From Escherichia virus TH57, in the sequence record MT446422.1: a stretch of DNA of 64,000 nucleotides; one strand, given 5' to 3'. Numbering within the stretch: the first letter of the stretch is position 1; every line of letters begins with the position of its first letter. The translations under genes were made by a program, and so were the position numbers. Under the pieces are notes generated by a model. It did not search any database, was not told the origin of the DNA, and was given only the letters and a program-made list of their open reading frames with translations. Below, in pieces: positions 52,390 through 63,948 of this stretch.

Positions 52390-55300
52390 TGCTAAACGAA
52401 CGATATAGTTAAAAGCAATGTTTTTAACCGTGTTTTCTGTATTACCTGTACTATTTACAGTGATAGTATGACCGTGCGAACCAATTGCTACCGAGTGGGT
52501 ATGAGCACCAATACCTACAGTATGTGTATGGGCACCAATACCTACAGTATGCGCGTGGTTACCTGTGGTACTTGTGGTTCCTGACCAAGAGTGGGTATGA
52601 GCACCATCATTTGATGTTTTACCAATAGAGCTACTAATACCGATAACACTGGTTGAATTAAATCCAGTCATACCAGACGAGGCAGATACTGAATTAACAC
52701 CGTCTGGAAATAACCCGTTTGGATTATTTCCACTCGAATATCTAGGACCTGAACGAGCGTGCTGGTGAGCACCGGCTGAACTGGTAGTACCACTTACTGT
52801 ATGGTTATGGTTGCCAGTAGTATTACTGGTTTTAGTACCATAGTCAAAACTTGAAGAGGTCTTAGTGCCATAATCAAAGCTTGATGTAGTTTTAGTACCT
52901 AAATCAGTATTAGATGCTGAAGCACTATGGTTATGAGCCTTAACACCATCAGCTTCGGCACTCAACACCGCACGTCCACTTGGTTTACCTTTAATAGTCT
53001 GCCCGCGCATATCCGGAATAGTACCTGTAGGATATGCAACAGCAAGCTTAGGATAAGCACCTGTATCAAAGGTCTGACCTTCCATCAAAGCAAATCCAGC
53101 AGGAACTGAATCACTTGGCCACGGAATCGGAGCGCCAACAGGATAAGGTATCTGAGCATCGGAGTACATCATATACACTTGTCCACGCAGATGACCGGTA
53201 GGTAATTCTGTCACAGGTGTTTGATATCCACCATTAAGTCCAATTACCGAAATATAACGGGTATTTTCCGTGGCGTCATATTCAACTATAAGTTTGTCTG
53301 CATAAGTCCCGGCATACAGATAAACATCATAATCATCACCGGAGGTATTAATTGTTGCTATATTAGTAAATCCATTACCCGTGCGCCCCCATAAGGTAGC
53401 GTTAATACCTTTAGGATTGTCATTACTGGTACGAAGAACTACTTCAGTAATTGTAGCCTGTTCCGGTGAATTTACATTGTATCCATTACCACCTATAATC
53501 TTAAATTGAGCAGTTGATACCGACTGTGGCATAGTTACAGTAGCAAATTTATACCAACCTGCAGTTGAACTACCAGACCAAGTGCCAACATTAACTTTAC
53601 GGTCTAAAGTAGTGTTCAGGTTTTTAAAGTTTTCTAATGCAGTGCTGCCTGTAATATTACCGTCAGGACCAATACGAACATCGGAACCAATTTTAAGTGC
53701 CTTGGTTATATCAACAGTATCAGAGTTTAATGCAATACCATGGGAGTAGGTATAGTTATGTAAACGAACAACGTTGCCGCCGTCGCCGATACCGAGATAC
53801 CATTTTGTAACATCTGCTTTACGACCCTGGATAAAGTTGGATGACGCCTGAGAAGAAGCATTTACCACAATGGCGTCGGAATCCATATTAACACGCAATC
53901 TACAGTCGGTCTGAACAAATTTACTTACGTTGTCTACTGTAAAAAGTGGACCGCCTGTAGAAGTTTTATTACCCATTATAACCGTGCCATTAGCCAAATT
54001 AATGGAAAGCGGGCGAAGGTCGCTTATTCCACCGTTTTCACCGGCATTCTGAAGAGTAGGAATAAGATGGAATGAAGCAGAAGAACCTGTTTCTGAACGA
54101 CGGAAAATCATACCATATTCAGCGTTCCAAATTCTTAATGCATCTGCGGTACCGCCCATTTTAACTTGGCCGTTAATTGAGGCCCCACCTTGGACAAACA
54201 AACCGTTAGACATAGTAACATTGCCACCAAAAGAACCCTTACCTGAAGCGGTAATATCACCAAGACCAACGATATGACCTGTTTCAACAGTTCCATTAAA
54301 CTTAAAGTTGACAGGGCCAACACCATCTGCAACGGCAGGGTTTGTACGTTGGGCATAAAAATAATAACCTTGTGAATCTGAAACTTCCCATACTGTTTCA
54401 CGATTACCTTTTTCGGCGTTAAATGAGTTACCCCATGCCTTAATTGTAACTGTATTTTTGTTCTGGCCATTTCGGGTACCAGCGTCCCAGTTAATTGTTT
54501 TAGTACCATCTACACCGGAAGGAGCTTTAAATGATAATGCATTGGTATTGTCATCACCGTTTAAAAATAAACCAGTACGCATAGAAATGCGATTGGTAGA
54601 GTCAAATGTACCATCTGCTCTAATAGCAACTCTATTGGACCCGGTTTTAACATCTAAAATACCTGGCTCAACAAGAAGCCCGTCGCCCATACTAACAGAC
54701 ATACGACCTTGGCCACGGAAATAGTGATACATCTTTGCATTGCTGCTATAACCGATATGAGTCTGACCATCACCATTATTATTACCGTCGACATCAGTGC
54801 GCGCGGTAAACATTGCCTGATTGCTATTAGGGAAATCCCATGTAGTACCAGAATCACGGCTATAACCAACCATCAATTTCTTAGTGCTGTTAATACCGTT
54901 GTTCAAAACGGTAGCAGATGAAATACCGTTGGCCATCAGGTCATAAACGCCATCACGAACCCATTTAATACCGGTGTCATTATCACCAATTGCAATACCG
55001 ATAGAAATGGCAGAATCTAAAGGATAGCGTCCATTTGTACCATTATCCGGAAGACCTACAGAAATTGATTTACCCGCAGTAATACGTCCGGAGTTATCAA
55101 ACGCCCATTGGAAAGATGAAGGACCCACACCAGTCCACCAAGAAATTTCTTGTGGTTTACCTTTGCGACAATCAGCAATTTCATGGAAAATACTTGATGC
55201 ACTTGATGCACGCAATTTACGCAAATAGTTTAAACCATTAGTAGTATCATCAGAACCATCGGCAGGCGGGTTATAAACCCAAGTAGGTAAAGAAACCCAG

Positions 55301-55947
55301 TCGTATCCTATATTTGCATTAGCTACAAATGATTTTGTACTGAAATTAATATTTTTGGTAACAATTTCAGGACCGGTGATAATACCATTAGCCGAATTTA
55401 TGTTGCCTGATGCAGAAATATTACCTGCTGATACCATTAAACTACCGGTATCAACTTGAAAATTACCATTACGATTAAAGGTCCAATATTTTGAATCACC
55501 AGCTTCATTAATATAGTGGAATTTAAAACTACCTTCCGAAACTAATGTGCCTGCTGAAAATGTTCCATCTTTAAAGCGTTGTTTAATCAGTGGGTTGTAT
55601 TCTGAAGTAGATGCAGCCGCACTTAAATCAGCAAAAATAGGAGCTTTGGCACTGTGCTGGCCTGCCCAAGAGCCACTACCTGTCGTACGATAGTTAAATT
55701 CTATATAACCACCAGAGGCAACAATTTCAGGACCGTTTAAATTCAGGGTCCCGTTAATAGTTACATTTCCATCAACCTGTCCACCCTTTGCAAAGCCTAA
55801 ATCAATAATCTGTCCTTGGTCTGACTTAGTAAAAATGGTACGGTCACGCAAGTTAATAGCCAGTTCACCTTCATCTAACTGGGCTGCAGTAGGCTTGGCT
55901 CCTGCTATTTTACTTCTTTTAAATTGTATCGATTTTAAAGTAGCCAT
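52387..55947 (-). CDS. 37: long tail fibre distal subunit gp37
   Basis: 1186 aa; C-terminal HxH repeats (GNHNH, GAHQH, GAHTH x3, GSHGH) and terminal NYIVRLA as recalled for T4 gp37. Confidence 0.9.
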   Translation of the reverse strand: MATLKSIQFKRSKIAGAKPTAAQLDEGELAINLRDRTIFTKSDQGQIIDLGFAKGGQVDGNVTINGTLNLNGPEIVASGGYIEFNYRTTGSGSWAGQHSAKAPIFADLSAAASTSEYNPLIKQRFKDGTFSAGTLVSEGSFKFHYINEAGDSKYWTFNRNGNFQVDTGSLMVSAGNISASGNINSANGIITGPEIVTKNINFSTKSFVANANIGYDWVSLPTWVYNPPADGSDDTTNGLNYLRKLRASSASSIFHEIADCRKGKPQEISWWTGVGPSSFQWAFDNSGRITAGKSISVGLPDNGTNGRYPLDSAISIGIAIGDNDTGIKWVRDGVYDLMANGISSATVLNNGINSTKKLMVGYSRDSGTTWDFPNSNQAMFTARTDVDGNNNGDGQTHIGYSSNAKMYHYFRGQGRMSVSMGDGLLVEPGILDVKTGSNRVAIRADGTFDSTNRISMRTGLFLNGDDNTNALSFKAPSGVDGTKTINWDAGTRNGQNKNTVTIKAWGNSFNAEKGNRETVWEVSDSQGYYFYAQRTNPAVADGVGPVNFKFNGTVETGHIVGLGDITASGKGSFGGNVTMSNGLFVQGGASINGQVKMGGTADALRIWNAEYGMIFRRSETGSSASFHLIPTLQNAGENGGISDLRPLSINLANGTVIMGNKTSTGGPLFTVDNVSKFVQTDCRLRVNMDSDAIVVNASSQASSNFIQGRKADVTKWYLGIGDGGNVVRLHNYTYSHGIALNSDTVDITKALKIGSDVRIGPDGNITGSTALENFKNLNTTLDRKVNVGTWSGSSTAGWYKFATVTMPQSVSTAQFKIIGGNGYNVNSPEQATITEVVLRTSNDNPKGINATLWGRTGNGFTNIATINTSGDDYDVYLYAGTYADKLIVEYDATENTRYISVIGLNGGYQTPVTELPTGHLRGQVYMMYSDAQIPYPVGAPIPWPSDSVPAGFALMEGQTFDTGAYPKLAVAYPTGTIPDMRGQTIKGKPSGRAVLSAEADGVKAHNHSASASNTDLGTKTTSSFDYGTKTSSSFDYGTKTSNTTGNHNHTVSGTTSSAGAHQHARSGPRYSSGNNPNGLFPDGVNSVSASSGMTGFNSTSVIGISSSIGKTSNDGAHTHSWSGTTSTTGNHAHTVGIGAHTHTVGIGAHTHSVAIGSHGHTITVNSTGNTENTVKNIAFNYIVRLA

Positions 55948-55955
55948 AATGCCTC

Positions 55956-56615
55956 TTAATAATATCCAAAATCTTCAGATGTGCCTCTAAGAACAACCTG
56001 GTCGATACGAGGAACGTGTTCGTTCAATGTACCTGGGTTCCTAGATATGAAATTCGGGGCTGAAAGAACGCCAGCCATAGATTGTATGCTACTATTATTT
56101 ATTTGGACCTGTTTTGCGTTATCCACATCACTTAATCCAACTTGTGCTTTTGACGGAGTATTCCCTGGAGAAAACACTCGACCTGATTCGTCTTTAATTT
56201 GACGACCAAGGATATCACCCATTACAGTAAGACGGTTTGCACCTACAACAGTAGTCGGGTCGAAAATTACAAACGGTGTTCCATCCGATGTCTCAAGACC
56301 CAGACCTTTGCTCATTCTAAATGAGAAAGAATATGTAGCAGACATTGGGGATGTATTGGTTTTTCTACCCAATTTAACCCAATACCCATCGGAATCTTTA
56401 AATTGTAAGTCTTTATCAAAGTTTACTGTACTTAAATAATTCCCACCATTAGCTTTAGAAACAAAGTCGTTATCTGCTGCTTGCGGTTTATTGAATTCTG
56501 TATATACTTTATATGTTTTGTAAAATAAATCATTGCTTACTGGCGTCAACGGAAAGTTGCCCTGGTGCCAGATAACTGAGCCCCCAGTCGTTGAGCCTAC
56601 TCTTAAATCGGCCAT
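55956..56615 (-). CDS. 36: long tail fibre distal connector gp36
   Basis: 219 aa; position between 35 and 37; late promoter and RBS upstream. Confidence 0.8.
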   Translation of the reverse strand: MADLRVGSTTGGSVIWHQGNFPLTPVSNDLFYKTYKVYTEFNKPQAADNDFVSKANGGNYLSTVNFDKDLQFKDSDGYWVKLGRKTNTSPMSATYSFSFRMSKGLGLETSDGTPFVIFDPTTVVGANRLTVMGDILGRQIKDESGRVFSPGNTPSKAQVGLSDVDNAKQVQINNSSIQSMAGVLSAPNFISRNPGTLNEHVPRIDQVVLRGTSEDFGYY

Positions 56616-56640
56616 AATATTCCCCTTTATTAGATAAGAG

Positions 56641-56648
56641 TATTTATA
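56641..56648 (-). promoter_or_regulatory. late promoter TATAAATA for gene 36
   Basis: TATAAATA on minus strand between terminator hairpin and gene 36 RBS. Confidence 0.55.
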
Positions 56649-56657
56649 ATGAAAAAA

Positions 56658-56671
56658 GGACCCGAAGGTCC
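56658..56671 (-). terminator. hairpin terminator between genes 35 and 36
   Basis: GGACC cgaa GGTCC with T-runs on both strands. Confidence 0.5.
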
Positions 56672-57808
56672 TTATTCTTTTTCACGGAATTCTGCAGCAA
56701 ATACAAATCCAGATTGACTGGACCTTGTTGCATTTTTATCATTCAATTGTGCAATGACATTACCAAGATTTCCCGGTTCTCCAGCTACAACCATTCTTAT
56801 GCCGTTGACACCGATTTCTGCAGATTTAGCTTGTGTTTCTTGTCGAGCGATTTCTGTAAAGAAAATATTCCTTACTCCACCTTGCCCTGCAGCAGCGGTC
56901 TTCCTTGCGTACAGTGTAAATCCATCGGCATTCGGTGGAACAACTACATAACGTTCAAACGTCATCCATGCACCAGCCGGTGGGCTTGCTTGACCCGTAG
57001 CAGGAATATCATAATCGTTTGACTGAATCATAGTCTGTCCATTAAAGAATCGAACAGACATCTGAGTTGTTCCAAGGTCTTTAAGTGCCTGGTCATATGT
57101 CAGTTGAAACTTCAGGTAAAAAGTATCACCCGGAGCCATATTATAATCGGCCGCAGGAGTGATGGGAGAGTCTGTGGGGAAACGTTTTATTTCTTGTGTA
57201 CTATTACTGTAATATGTGTTTTCGTCTTCCACGACGCGCAGAGGGAATCCTGTGCCGCCCACATCAGCAAAGTCGTCATACACCATTTCCAATGGAGTCA
57301 ATACATCCTCAACAGTTACCCCGTCATTATACAACACATGCTCTTTAACGATTGCATTTCGACCAGTTATATAAAAAGCCGAATACGAAGTATCAACTTG
57401 GTCAATCAACCACTTATCCGGAAATGCAGTCGAGCCGTGTGTTCTGAACCAATCAATTAAAGTTTGAGAAGCATTCAATTTCCCCTGTGATATCAAACAA
57501 ACAATCCTACCCGCTGGAATGGAATTAATATAAGTCACAAATGCCTGTGAAATGACATCATAGTCTTTTGTGAAGCCATAGTTTTTAGTTGCAGTGATTG
57601 TATTTGTTACTGGGTCAATCTCAATAAGGTTTAATCCATTTTGGAAGTTCTGAGGCCCGAAGGCCTCATCTTGAAACTTAACGTAGGGATAGTTTGGCGA
57701 TTTGGTACAAGTCCCTGCAATCGACAATTTATATCTTACTGCGTTATTTTCAGAAAGCACGGGAACTTGGACATATCCCTGTCCAAATTCTGCCATCAAT
57801 CTTTCCAT
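56672..57808 (-). CDS. 35: long tail fibre hinge protein gp35
   Basis: 378 aa; position between 34 and 36. Confidence 0.8.
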   Translation of the reverse strand: MERLMAEFGQGYVQVPVLSENNAVRYKLSIAGTCTKSPNYPYVKFQDEAFGPQNFQNGLNLIEIDPVTNTITATKNYGFTKDYDVISQAFVTYINSIPAGRIVCLISQGKLNASQTLIDWFRTHGSTAFPDKWLIDQVDTSYSAFYITGRNAIVKEHVLYNDGVTVEDVLTPLEMVYDDFADVGGTGFPLRVVEDENTYYSNSTQEIKRFPTDSPITPAADYNMAPGDTFYLKFQLTYDQALKDLGTTQMSVRFFNGQTMIQSNDYDIPATGQASPPAGAWMTFERYVVVPPNADGFTLYARKTAAAGQGGVRNIFFTEIARQETQAKSAEIGVNGIRMVVAGEPGNLGNVIAQLNDKNATRSSQSGFVFAAEFREKE

Positions 57809-57816
57809 AATACCTC

Positions 57817-60800
57817 TTATGGTGTATCAATCCATTCGAATTTAACGGATTTGGTTACTGGGTCCGGAACAATACGTACATTACCGATTCTTAACCAATC
57901 TCTGATAGTCAGGTTACTCATCGATGCATTATCAGAAGGCAATGCACCGATATCCGAAGGCTGAGGAGGGTTACCACCATCAAATACCTGAACAAAACCT
58001 GACCATGCGTTTTTGTTCTGCTGCCATGTACGAGTCCAGCGAGTAGTGCTTCCATCTGCTGTGTTTGGATAGGTAATCCAATCCTGGTAAAGTGAATTCA
58101 GCGTGTTACCAAACTGGGTCAAAGTACCCGGAGACTTAACTTCTTCACCACGAACCAGATAAGGCAGACCAGTTACTTCGTTGGTCTTTTCAACCATTTT
58201 GAAATAACCTGGGAACTGATTATATGTGGCTGAATCGTTAATGTCGATAGACCAAAAACCTGCATTATCCATTGTAGGTTTTCTGCTATAGATGTCAGAA
58301 GTCTTATCTCCTGTAACCCTTGCATATTTCTGAACAGCTAAGCCGTTGTTAAGTGTAGCTTTGTTGCTTACCGTAAGGAAGTTGTTAATAGTAACAGCGC
58401 CTTCGAATCTAGATTCACTATTAGCAACTAGCCCTGTGGTTGTGATACCAGAAGCTTTAGTAACACTAAGACCGCCGTTAATTATAGCAGACCCATTACC
58501 AAGAACAAAATTACCTGCAGTTATTTCTAAATCACCATTCCGTCTAAAGGTCCATTTGCGCTGGGGTTTTACCGAATCTATATAATGAAGAATAAAAGCA
58601 CCTTCATCATTTGAGGTGGGTTCATTTATCAATGTGCCAAAGGTAAATGTCCCATCTTTATAACGTTGCTTAATTAAAGGAACGTATCTAGATGAGCCAG
58701 ACGGAGTAGTTATATTTAAAAATACAGGAGCTTTAACATTACTATCGTGTTGAGAGTTCCAAGTACCCGAGCCTTGAGATTCTGAAGTGAACTCAATGTA
58801 ATTCAGAGCACCTACTGTAGAATTGCTATTGATTGTAGTAGCACCAGTTAATGTGGTATTATTTGAAGTAACAGAACCACTCAAATTAACTACGCCAGTA
58901 ACTGTCAAAGTACTTTCAATTCTTACAGGCTGTTTAAATGTCATAGTAGCGTTAATATCCTGGGCTACATCACGACGAATAAACTGGGTTGAATCCAGGT
59001 TGTCCAATTTATCAGAGTCTACCGCTTTAGCCAAACGCGGCAGGAAGTTACCAAGGGTTTTGTTTAACTCATACGGAGAGATAGCATAGCTATTTTTCTC
59101 GTACAGGTCAAGAGCCTGAGTAGAACCTGCAGTTGCATTACCGACAAAAGTAATTGCGCCTTCAGACATCTTAGCAAAGCCGCGGGTCGTCGTGGTTGCT
59201 GCCCATGTTGGTTCGGACTGCGCAATCCATTTCAGACTAACAGGAGAAACAGCCAGAACAGAACTTGTTCCTGCGATAGTTTCTGCACGAGTAGCGATGC
59301 GAACAATACCTTCGGTGTCTTCTGTAGCTTTTTTCGACATCAACTTAAGCGGAGTAACGATAGTTTTATCATCAGTACCCGTGTTTACTTCCAACTGAGT
59401 AGCCAGTCTTGCGGTGCCACGTTGAGTCTCATTTGCTTCAAGAATATTCAGCGTATAATGGTCCCAGAGCGTCCCTGTTTCTACTAAACCACTTGCTGCA
59501 ATAACAGAAGTACGAGCAGTATTATTAAATCTAGTTTTAATTTTTAATGGCGTTGCAATACGAGTATCATCTGTACCAGTATCAAATTCTGATTGCGTAG
59601 CAATCTCGGCTATGCCGGATAATGATTCTGTTGCTTTACGGTCATTCAACGTTTTAGGAGTTACAGCTCTGGTATAATCAGTACCGGCATTAGTTTCAAC
59701 CTGAGTTGCAATCTCGATTAAACCGTGGTTTGAATCTGTTGCTCTGCGGGCACCTAATGTTTCAGGAGTCACGACCGAGTTACTGAATCCTATATTTGTT
59801 GCACCAGCGTTAACTTCTGACTGAGTTGCTAGATATACAGCACCTTGGTTATTCTGGTCAGCTTTATATTGGTCTAAAGCTTTAGGAGAAATAACTAAAT
59901 TAGTTGTATTTTTGTTATAAACGTTGGTACCAACAGTTATACGGCTTGCCGCTGGAGTAGTCCCGGTAGTAGGAACATACTTAACGATACCAGATAGGCT
60001 TTCTGAGCCCTGACGAGCTTGTAGCTTACGCGGAGTGATGATGGTAGTATCATCAGTGCCTGCATCAGTTTCTTGTTGTGTGGCGATTTCTGCAAGCCCA
60101 CGTCTTGTTTCTGTGGCTGTACGTTCGTTTAACTTTTTCGGAGAGACGATGATGTCGTCCTGGAAAGCAAAAGTCGTATCCTGATTCACCTGGGCAGTGT
60201 TAGCAATTCGCGCAATACCACGACGTGATTCAGTGGCCACACGGTTAGCTAAAGTCTGCGGGGTAATCGCTAATTCTTTTTCAGGGTTATTTTCATGGTC
60301 AACGTTAGCCTGAGCCTGGTTGGCCAGTGCAATAACACCCAAACGAGCACGAGTCAAATCATCTTTCGAGTCAACACGTTCAACAGTCGGAACGTTCTGA
60401 GCAACAACCCAGTAGTTAATGTTATTATCTGTATCTTCAAGATAACTTAATTCGATAACCGGAGTATAGCTTATATTGCCATTGAAAGTCAGAGAGTCAA
60501 CCAGTACCCATTCAGTATCAGGTGGATATTCCGAACGTTTCGGGAACTGAAGCAGTTGAACAGAAGACGCGATTTTATCAGTAGCCGAAGCTTTAATATT
60601 AACAGTCTGTGCCTTGCGAAGATAGTTCAGAGCAATCTTAACTACGTCCCCAGAACGAACCCCCGTCGGAAGGTCGATGTTAATTGTCTGTGAAGTGTTG
60701 TTATCATTACCAAACACGATGATACTTTCATTTGGCAGCAATTTCACACTGTCACGAATTACGCGCAAGCGAGTTTTATTATCACCGTCCCAGGGTACCC

Positions 60801-61692
60801 ACAGTTTTTCAGTGGCATTATAAACGAAGAAACCATCACCAGTAGTACGGAATTCCATACTGTGCTGGCCCTGTTTACCCAGAGAGCTTGACTCGTCAAA
60901 CGTTTCAACATCCAGGTGGTATAATGGCCCTAATCCATCTATATCTACTGATTTGACAATATCGCCTTGGTTAGCATACTTAGGAAGAATAAATGTAATT
61001 TTTTCTGCAGTCGTATAATGACGCATAATAAAATCTGATGCTTGAGTTCGATATTTACCAGAGCTTGGTTCAATTCTTATTCCGCGTTCTTCGTTACCTG
61101 CTTCCCAGAACTGCCATAAACGGTTAGAGAAAATAAGCATATTATAAGAGAACGGCTTACTGATTAATACTTCAGTAAATTGGTTACCGAAACGGACAAT
61201 CTTTTGGTTACCTTGACCAGGCACATTGCTCGATTGAACTTTGATTTCATTATAACCGGTATTACCGCCGATATCTTTAATAACGATGGTATCACCATCA
61301 GTCGGGTTCGGAGGCAATGTAAATGTGGTAAAGCTTGCAGCTGAGTCGACTGCGATAAATTCCCCGGAGCGAAGCTGACGAGTTGGTGATGCAACAGTTT
61401 CCCATTTCGGGTCAGTACGGGTTGCGGTCCAATATTGCTGAACAAACGGGCCAGCTGGTTCTGCGATTTCACGTTGGGAAACCCAAATACGGTTATCATA
61501 GATAACTGCAAAATCTTTCTTATATCCGCGTGTTGCATCATATTGTTGAATTGTGTTTTCTTCTATAAAGAAGTCTACGTTTACGCCGTCTGACAAAACT
61601 GAGAAATCAGCTTTCGCGACATTAATGACTTTCTCACCAGCAGCATCGAGACCGGATGTTGCTCTGAATGCTGGTTTTAAAATATCGGCCAT
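57817..61692 (-). CDS. 34: long tail fibre proximal subunit gp34
   Basis: 1291 aa; internal ...ATQxExxxGTDDT..xTP.KL repeat series; late promoter upstream. Confidence 0.9.
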   Translation of the reverse strand: MADILKPAFRATSGLDAAGEKVINVAKADFSVLSDGVNVDFFIEENTIQQYDATRGYKKDFAVIYDNRIWVSQREIAEPAGPFVQQYWTATRTDPKWETVASPTRQLRSGEFIAVDSAASFTTFTLPPNPTDGDTIVIKDIGGNTGYNEIKVQSSNVPGQGNQKIVRFGNQFTEVLISKPFSYNMLIFSNRLWQFWEAGNEERGIRIEPSSGKYRTQASDFIMRHYTTAEKITFILPKYANQGDIVKSVDIDGLGPLYHLDVETFDESSSLGKQGQHSMEFRTTGDGFFVYNATEKLWVPWDGDNKTRLRVIRDSVKLLPNESIIVFGNDNNTSQTINIDLPTGVRSGDVVKIALNYLRKAQTVNIKASATDKIASSVQLLQFPKRSEYPPDTEWVLVDSLTFNGNISYTPVIELSYLEDTDNNINYWVVAQNVPTVERVDSKDDLTRARLGVIALANQAQANVDHENNPEKELAITPQTLANRVATESRRGIARIANTAQVNQDTTFAFQDDIIVSPKKLNERTATETRRGLAEIATQQETDAGTDDTTIITPRKLQARQGSESLSGIVKYVPTTGTTPAASRITVGTNVYNKNTTNLVISPKALDQYKADQNNQGAVYLATQSEVNAGATNIGFSNSVVTPETLGARRATDSNHGLIEIATQVETNAGTDYTRAVTPKTLNDRKATESLSGIAEIATQSEFDTGTDDTRIATPLKIKTRFNNTARTSVIAASGLVETGTLWDHYTLNILEANETQRGTARLATQLEVNTGTDDKTIVTPLKLMSKKATEDTEGIVRIATRAETIAGTSSVLAVSPVSLKWIAQSEPTWAATTTTRGFAKMSEGAITFVGNATAGSTQALDLYEKNSYAISPYELNKTLGNFLPRLAKAVDSDKLDNLDSTQFIRRDVAQDINATMTFKQPVRIESTLTVTGVVNLSGSVTSNNTTLTGATTINSNSTVGALNYIEFTSESQGSGTWNSQHDSNVKAPVFLNITTPSGSSRYVPLIKQRYKDGTFTFGTLINEPTSNDEGAFILHYIDSVKPQRKWTFRRNGDLEITAGNFVLGNGSAIINGGLSVTKASGITTTGLVANSESRFEGAVTINNFLTVSNKATLNNGLAVQKYARVTGDKTSDIYSRKPTMDNAGFWSIDINDSATYNQFPGYFKMVEKTNEVTGLPYLVRGEEVKSPGTLTQFGNTLNSLYQDWITYPNTADGSTTRWTRTWQQNKNAWSGFVQVFDGGNPPQPSDIGALPSDNASMSNLTIRDWLRIGNVRIVPDPVTKSVKFEWIDTP

Positions 61693-61722
61693 GTGCTTTA
61701 TCCTTATTGATTGGTATACGTG

Positions 61723-61730
61723 TATTTATA
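61723..61730 (-). promoter_or_regulatory. late promoter TATAAATA for gene 34
   Basis: TATAAATA on minus strand about 30 nt upstream of gene 34 ATG. Confidence 0.55.
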
Positions 61731-61731
61731 T

Positions 61732-61759
61732 TGCTTTAAAAATTTTATGCTAATATAAT
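61732..61759 (+). promoter_or_regulatory. candidate middle promoter (MotA box plus -10) for rnh
   Basis: TGCTTTA then about 15 nt then TATAAT; divergent from gene 34 late promoter. Confidence 0.35.
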
Positions 61760-61787
61760 CGAGTCAACTAATTGAACAGAGGTTCAT

Positions 61788-62732
61788 ATGAATTTAGATT
61801 TTTTACTCCCTGAAGAAGACCGTCAAAAAGATGGTTTTCTGTTACTCGATTTTAGCCAGCTTATCATGGCAGCAGCCTTCCAGGAATTCGGTAAAGACGC
61901 AGGCTTCCCTAAGGTGACAACCGCAATGACCAGACATCTGGTTCTGAACTCTATCAGAAAAAACATTGTACAGTTTAAAAAGCTCGGTTATACAATCCCA
62001 ATTATTTGTGTTGATAATTCAAAGAATGGTTATTGGCGCCGCACGAAATCTTATTATTATAAGAAAAACCGTGCAAAAGCCCGTGAAGAGTCACAATTTG
62101 ATTGGGAAGGCCTACATGCTGCCATGCACATCATCATTGATGAAATGGAAAAACACATGCCTTACATCGTGATGAATATGGATAAAATTGAGGCTGATGA
62201 CCATATTGCGGTATTAACGAAGTTGCTCACCGGTCTCGGGCATCCGGTTATGATTGTTTCTTCGGATGGTGACTTTACCCAGCTGCATAAATTCCCTGGG
62301 GTAAAACAATGGTCTCCGATGCAGAAAAAATATGTCAAAACCAAATCAGGCGATGCCCTTATGGATTGCGTGACCAAGGTTGTTAAAGGTGACAAAAAAG
62401 ATAACGTGTCGAGCATCAAAGTTCGTGGTGATTTTTATTACACTCATGAAGAAGGTGAACGTACTCCACCGACCCGCGCAGCTGAACTTGAACAAATTGC
62501 ACTCAACTATTACGACCATGACGTTTTGAAAACGCTTTTAACAGAAGAGCAATATAATAGATTCTGTGAAAACCAATTGTTGATTGATATGGACTTTATT
62601 CCAACGGAAATATCCGCTTCAATCTTAGAACGATATAATAACTACACTATCCCAGCCAAAAGTAAAGTTTATCCTTACTTTGTTAAGTCTGGTCTGTCTA
62701 AACTAACTGCAAATATTGCTGAATTTTATTAA
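61788..62732 (+). CDS. rnh: RNase H (FEN-1 family 5'-3' exonuclease)
   Basis: 314 aa; motifs GYWRR..YYKKNR.KAREES.WDWEG and SSDGDFTQLHK as recalled for T4 RNase H. Confidence 0.9.
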   Translation: MNLDFLLPEEDRQKDGFLLLDFSQLIMAAAFQEFGKDAGFPKVTTAMTRHLVLNSIRKNIVQFKKLGYTIPIICVDNSKNGYWRRTKSYYYKKNRAKAREESQFDWEGLHAAMHIIIDEMEKHMPYIVMNMDKIEADDHIAVLTKLLTGLGHPVMIVSSDGDFTQLHKFPGVKQWSPMQKKYVKTKSGDALMDCVTKVVKGDKKDNVSSIKVRGDFYYTHEEGERTPPTRAAELEQIALNYYDHDVLKTLLTEEQYNRFCENQLLIDMDFIPTEISASILERYNNYTIPAKSKVYPYFVKSGLSKLTANIAEFY

Positions 62733-62740
62733 GGTATATT

Positions 62741-63010
62741 ATGAAAGAGAAAAAAGTGAAAGTTGAATTTTGTCCTGATACTCATGGCGCTGAACTGGCC
62801 AAGCTGATTAAAGCTGCTTCCGATACCAAATTAAAAATGGAAGCATATGCAGACGAAATTAAAGACCTTAAAGATAAGGCAAAAACTGAATTAGGCGTTG
62901 ACGGTAAGATGTTCAATACACAGCTCGGCCTGTATCATAAAGGCACTCGTGAACGTTTTGAAGATGAAAAAACCGAAGCTGTGGAGCTCTATGATGTCCT
63001 CTTTAGTTAA
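62741..63010 (+). CDS. dsbA: dsDNA-binding protein DsbA
   Basis: 89 aa; KVEFCPDTHG N-terminus; position between rnh and 33. Confidence 0.75.
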   Translation: MKEKKVKVEFCPDTHGAELAKLIKAASDTKLKMEAYADEIKDLKDKAKTELGVDGKMFNTQLGLYHKGTRERFEDEKTEAVELYDVLFS

Positions 63011-63284
63011 TTTCGATACACAGAAAACTGAATCGCCTTCCGGGGCGATTAGTAAGCAGCAAAACGGGCTTGATATTGAAGCCATGGTTGAGTCAACTGA
63101 AATGTCTTATCTGGAAGCTGCGACTGCCTGGTTGGAAGAACGTGGAATTCCTGAAGGTAATTTTGCGCGATACATTCCTGCGGGAATCATTGATAAGATT
63201 ATGAACGAAGCCTATGATGATAACCTGCTTCGTCCGAGTATGTCTCGTACACAGAAAACTAATACGCTGGACTTTTTGTTATGA
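62991..63284 (+). CDS. 33: late transcription co-activator gp33
   Basis: C-terminus LLRPS..R..KTNTLDFLL and MSYLEA motif as recalled for T4 gp33; start at ATG 62991 (GGAG RBS) overlapping dsbA end. Confidence 0.8.
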   Translation: MMSSLVNFDTQKTESPSGAISKQQNGLDIEAMVESTEMSYLEAATAWLEERGIPEGNFARYIPAGIIDKIMNEAYDDNLLRPSMSRTQKTNTLDFLL

Positions 63285-63948
63285 TTACGATTCGCATGCC
63301 TCCAAATAACAACCGATACATAAATGGTAAATCAGTATATCAACTGTACTTATCCATCAAACAGCATTTTTCGGGTCGTTATGATATTATCAAATATAAC
63401 TGGACCATGCGAATCTCCGATAGTGCTTATCAAAAACGTCGTGATAAGTATTTTTTCGAAAAGCTTAGTGATAAGTACACTCTCAAAGAATTAACGTTAA
63501 TATTCATGTCAAACCTGGTCGCGAACCAGGATGCATGGATAGGCGATATAAGTGATGCCGATGCTCTGATATTTTATAGGGAATACATCGGCAGACTTAA
63601 AAGAATTAGACAAGTATACGAAGATGATATAAAGAATATCTATTACTTCAGTAAGAAAGTCGAAGTCAAATCGCTTCAAGAGATTTTCGAGATAATACTA
63701 AAGTGAATACAAGTTATATTTTCAAACTTCTCCAATCGAATGTTATCTCATTTGAAACGTTTTGTTTGCTTGATTCATTTTTAGATATTATAAATAAACA
63801 TGATGAACAGACTAACGACTTGGTTTGGGAAAAGTATTCAACCAAACTAAATGCCTATAAGAAAATCTTAAATATCGATTCTCTTGAAGCTCGTAAATTG
63901 TTCATCGAGACCGTTAAAAACTGTCAAATAACGCTTCAAGCACTTTGA
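63281..63948 (+). CDS. 59: helicase loader gp59, interrupted by an apparent frameshift (ORFs 63281-63706 and 63703-63948)
   Basis: N-terminal part (GKSVYQLYL..KQH..G.YD.IKYNW) and C-terminal part (SYIFKLLQSN.ISFETF) lie in different frames; restoring one A near 63692-63695 gives EINTKVNTSYIF, matching recalled T4 EYNPKVQSSYIF. Confidence 0.75.

Noticed and set aside
57817-61692. Repetitive DNA in gene 34 as a possible mobile element or CRISPR-like array
   Set aside because: Repeats are in-frame, imperfect and encode the expected tail-fibre sequence repeats; no spacer/repeat periodicity
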